10,328 bases of DNA. Source: Nitrospinaceae bacterium (lineage in GTDB: Bacteria > Nitrospinota > Nitrospinia > Nitrospinales > VA-1). The translations under genes were made by a program, and so were the position numbers. The stretch covers positions 1 to 10,328 of the forward strand of contig JBHHVU010000080.1 of assembly GCA_046754465.1 (NCBI GenBank), written 5' to 3'. Below the pieces are notes generated by a model that ran no database searches, was not told the DNA's origin, and saw nothing but the letters and a program-made list of their open reading frames with translations. Shown here in pieces: positions 8,098-10,328 of this stretch. Each line of letters opens with the position of its first letter. Within the stretch, counting starts at the first letter, position 1.

Positions 8098-8583
8098 TTA
8101 ATTCAAGGGACCGATCAACGGCTGCCTTTTGTTGATGGGATAGTCTTTTCGAAGGGGGTGCCCCTTGAACTCCTCGTACAGCAGAATCCGCCTCAAGTTG
8201 GGGTGCTCCTTGAATTTGATGCCGTATAAATCCCAAACTTCCCGTTCGTACCAGTTGGCGGTTTTCCACAGGGGGGTGACGGATTGGACCATGCAGTCTC
8301 TTTCGTCCACGGGAATTTTAACCCGCAACCGGTTGTTGTATTCCAGGGAGTAGAAATGATAAACCACTTCAAACCGCAGGGATTTCTTCTTGTGGTAATC
8401 CACGGCGGTGAGGTCCATCAAAAAGCCGAAGGAAAGAACCGCATCGTCTCTGAGAAATTTAAAAAACTCGAGACCACATTCTCTCTTGACGGTCAGGGTT
8501 TGGTCTCCCCGGAAATTATGGGAGTCAATGACCAGGTCCGGGAATTTGGTTTTTACTTTGTCGATAATTTTTGTGTCTTCCAT
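8098..8583 (-). CDS. nuoC: NADH-quinone oxidoreductase subunit C (stand-alone, not fused to D)
   Basis: 161 aa. Motifs DLTAVDY, RFEVVYH and ANWYEREVWDLYGIKFKEHPNLRRILL...GHPLRKDYP. Confidence 0.96.
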   Translation of the reverse strand: MEDTKIIDKVKTKFPDLVIDSHNFRGDQTLTVKRECGLEFFKFLRDDAVLSFGFLMDLTAVDYHKKKSLRFEVVYHFYSLEYNNRLRVKIPVDERDCMVQSVTPLWKTANWYEREVWDLYGIKFKEHPNLRRILLYEEFKGHPLRKDYPINKRQPLIGPLN

Positions 8584-8642
8584 TGCCTATCAGTGTATCT
8601 TCTTTGTGGTTTTTTTTCGGAAAACGTGGCTCTCCGTGGCGC

Positions 8643-8678
8643 GGACCGGCCGGCATGGTGGTGCCGGGGTCCTTTTTT
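8643..8678. other. GC-rich stem-loop in the nuoA-nuoC spacer; terminator-shaped in the + (antisense) direction
   Basis: GGACC-gg-CCGGCA-tggtgg-TGCCGG-GGTCC (8643..8672) followed by T6 (8673..8678) on the + strand. Confidence 0.5.
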
Positions 8679-8681
8679 AAA

Positions 8682-9038
8682 TCATTCCCAATCCAACCCC
8701 CCCCGCCTCCAGACGTAGAGGAGCCCAACCCCAAGAATCAAAATGAACAAAAACATTTCTATGAATCCGAATATTCCCAGCCGTTTGAATAGAATGGCCC
8801 AGGGGAAGAAGAAAACGGCTTCGATATCGAACAGGACGAAAAGAACGGCGACCAGGTAAAATTTGACGGAAAAACGCTGCCGGGGAGAAACCAGTTGGCT
8901 TTCTCCGCACTCGAAGGGTTCCATTTTGTCGGCGAATCGGCGCTTGGGTCCGAGAATGGAGGTCATCATGACCATTCCCCCGGCGATGCCTATGGCAAAT
9001 AAAAGCATGAGTCCCACGCCGATATATTCTTCTAACAT
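8682..9038 (-). CDS. nuoA: NADH-quinone oxidoreductase subunit A
   Basis: 118 aa with three TM helices. Motifs KMEPFECG, FYLVAVLFVLFDIEAVFFFPWA and C-terminal WRRGGLDWE. Confidence 0.97.
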   Translation of the reverse strand: MLEEYIGVGLMLLFAIGIAGGMVMMTSILGPKRRFADKMEPFECGESQLVSPRQRFSVKFYLVAVLFVLFDIEAVFFFPWAILFKRLGIFGFIEMFLFILILGVGLLYVWRRGGLDWE

Positions 9039-9234
9039 GCCATTTTCCCAAGCTGGTGGTTTGGGGTCCTATAAAGGGTAGTGCCGCTCTTTATATCTTT
9101 TGGAACTTTTGGGGATGAATTCCGGTTTTTGAACTTTCGAACGGCCCTCGTAAAATTCCTTCCATCAATGACTTCCCAACAGGATAGGCGAAAATCGCGG
9201 GGACCGCTCAAAAACCTAGATAAACAAAGGGGGG

Positions 9235-9264
9235 ATAGTACTCCAAGGCCATCCTTTTTGTCAA
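9235..9264 (-). promoter_or_regulatory. putative sigma70 promoter of the nuo operon
   Basis: Minus strand TTGACA (9264..9259)-N18-TACTAT (9240..9235): perfect -35 and good -10, with AT-rich upstream sequence. Confidence 0.65.
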
Positions 9265-9421
9265 TCAAAAAGCGATTGAAATCGCATAATTTCATCTATT
9301 TGGGAGGGGTTTGGGGTCTTGGGGAAAACCGTCCTATGGGCAGAACCGGCAGGGAGGAAGTCAACGGGGGGAGACAAAGCCGGGAGGGGATGTTTTGGGG
9401 GAGCATAGCGGGGGAGGGGGC

Positions 9422-9449
9422 AAAAAAAAACCCGCCGTGAGGCGGGTTT
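9422..9449 (-). terminator. Rho-independent terminator of the rRNA operon
   Basis: Minus strand AAACCCGCC-TCAC-GGCGGG followed by T9, starting 8 nt after the 5S 3' end. Confidence 0.92.
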
Positions 9450-9457
9450 AAGAATAA

Positions 9458-9575
9458 TCCCGGCCTTGCCCTACTCTCCCACACAGTCACCCGTGCAGTA
9501 CCATCGGCGCTGAAAGGCTTAACTTCCGTGTTCGGTATGGGAACGGGTGGATCCCTTTCGCTATTAAGACCGAGA
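9458..9575 (-). rRNA. rrf: 5S ribosomal RNA
   Basis: 118 nt. Conserved CACCCGTTCCCATACCGAACACGGAAGTTAAGC, GCCGATGGTACT and GGGAGAGTAG. The termini pair (UCUCGGUC / GGCCGGGA). Confidence 0.97.
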
Positions 9576-9616
9576 AAATAATTATTTAGAAGAATTGAAT
9601 TCGTTTGAAGTAGGGT

Positions 9617-9644
9617 GGCAGACTTGGGGGAACCCCAAGCTGCC
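9617..9644 (-). other. stem-loop in the 23S-5S spacer
   Basis: + strand GGCAG-A-CTTGGGG-GAA-CCCCAAG-CTGCC: a 12-bp stem with one bulge. Confidence 0.6.
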
Positions 9645-9655
9645 CTGAGGATAAA

Positions 9656-10328
<673 letters not shown>

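Noticed and set aside
8525..8734. nuoB remnant, or a frameshift at the G8 run (8697..8704) fusing nuoA to nuoC
   Set aside because: No NuoB motifs (e.g. the tandem CC N2 ligands) in any frame. The nuoC frame has TAA, TGA and TAG stops between the G-run and the nuoC start. nuoA ends with its normal GGLDWE.
9150..9190. Cobalamin riboswitch suggested by a GGGAAG motif in the nuoA leader
   Set aside because: The other conserved elements (GCCACUG and the B12 box) are not present.

Overview
All recognisable genes lie on the minus strand. Reading right to left: the 3' ~670 nt of a 23S rRNA gene (cut by the window edge), a complete 5S rRNA gene, the rrn intrinsic terminator, a ~380 bp intergenic region with a sigma70-type promoter, and a respiratory complex I (NADH:quinone oxidoreductase-like) operon in the order nuoA-nuoC-nuoH-nuoI-nuoJ-nuoK-nuoL-nuoM-nuoN. 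The operon has the whole membrane arm plus NuoC and NuoI. It lacks nuoB and nuoD (the quinone-reducing core) and nuoEFG (the NADH-input module), and the gaps are too small to hide them. After nuoN come a separately promoted 103-aa hypothetical gene and a near-perfect 96-bp tandem repeat that runs off the left edge. The most notable observations are the B/D-less operon, the tandem repeat, a possibly structured nuoA leader, G-quadruplex-like tracts between the rrn terminator and the nuo promoter, and a mismatch in the 23S A-loop helix. I cannot show a new system from this window alone. The missing subunits may simply be encoded elsewhere in the genome.
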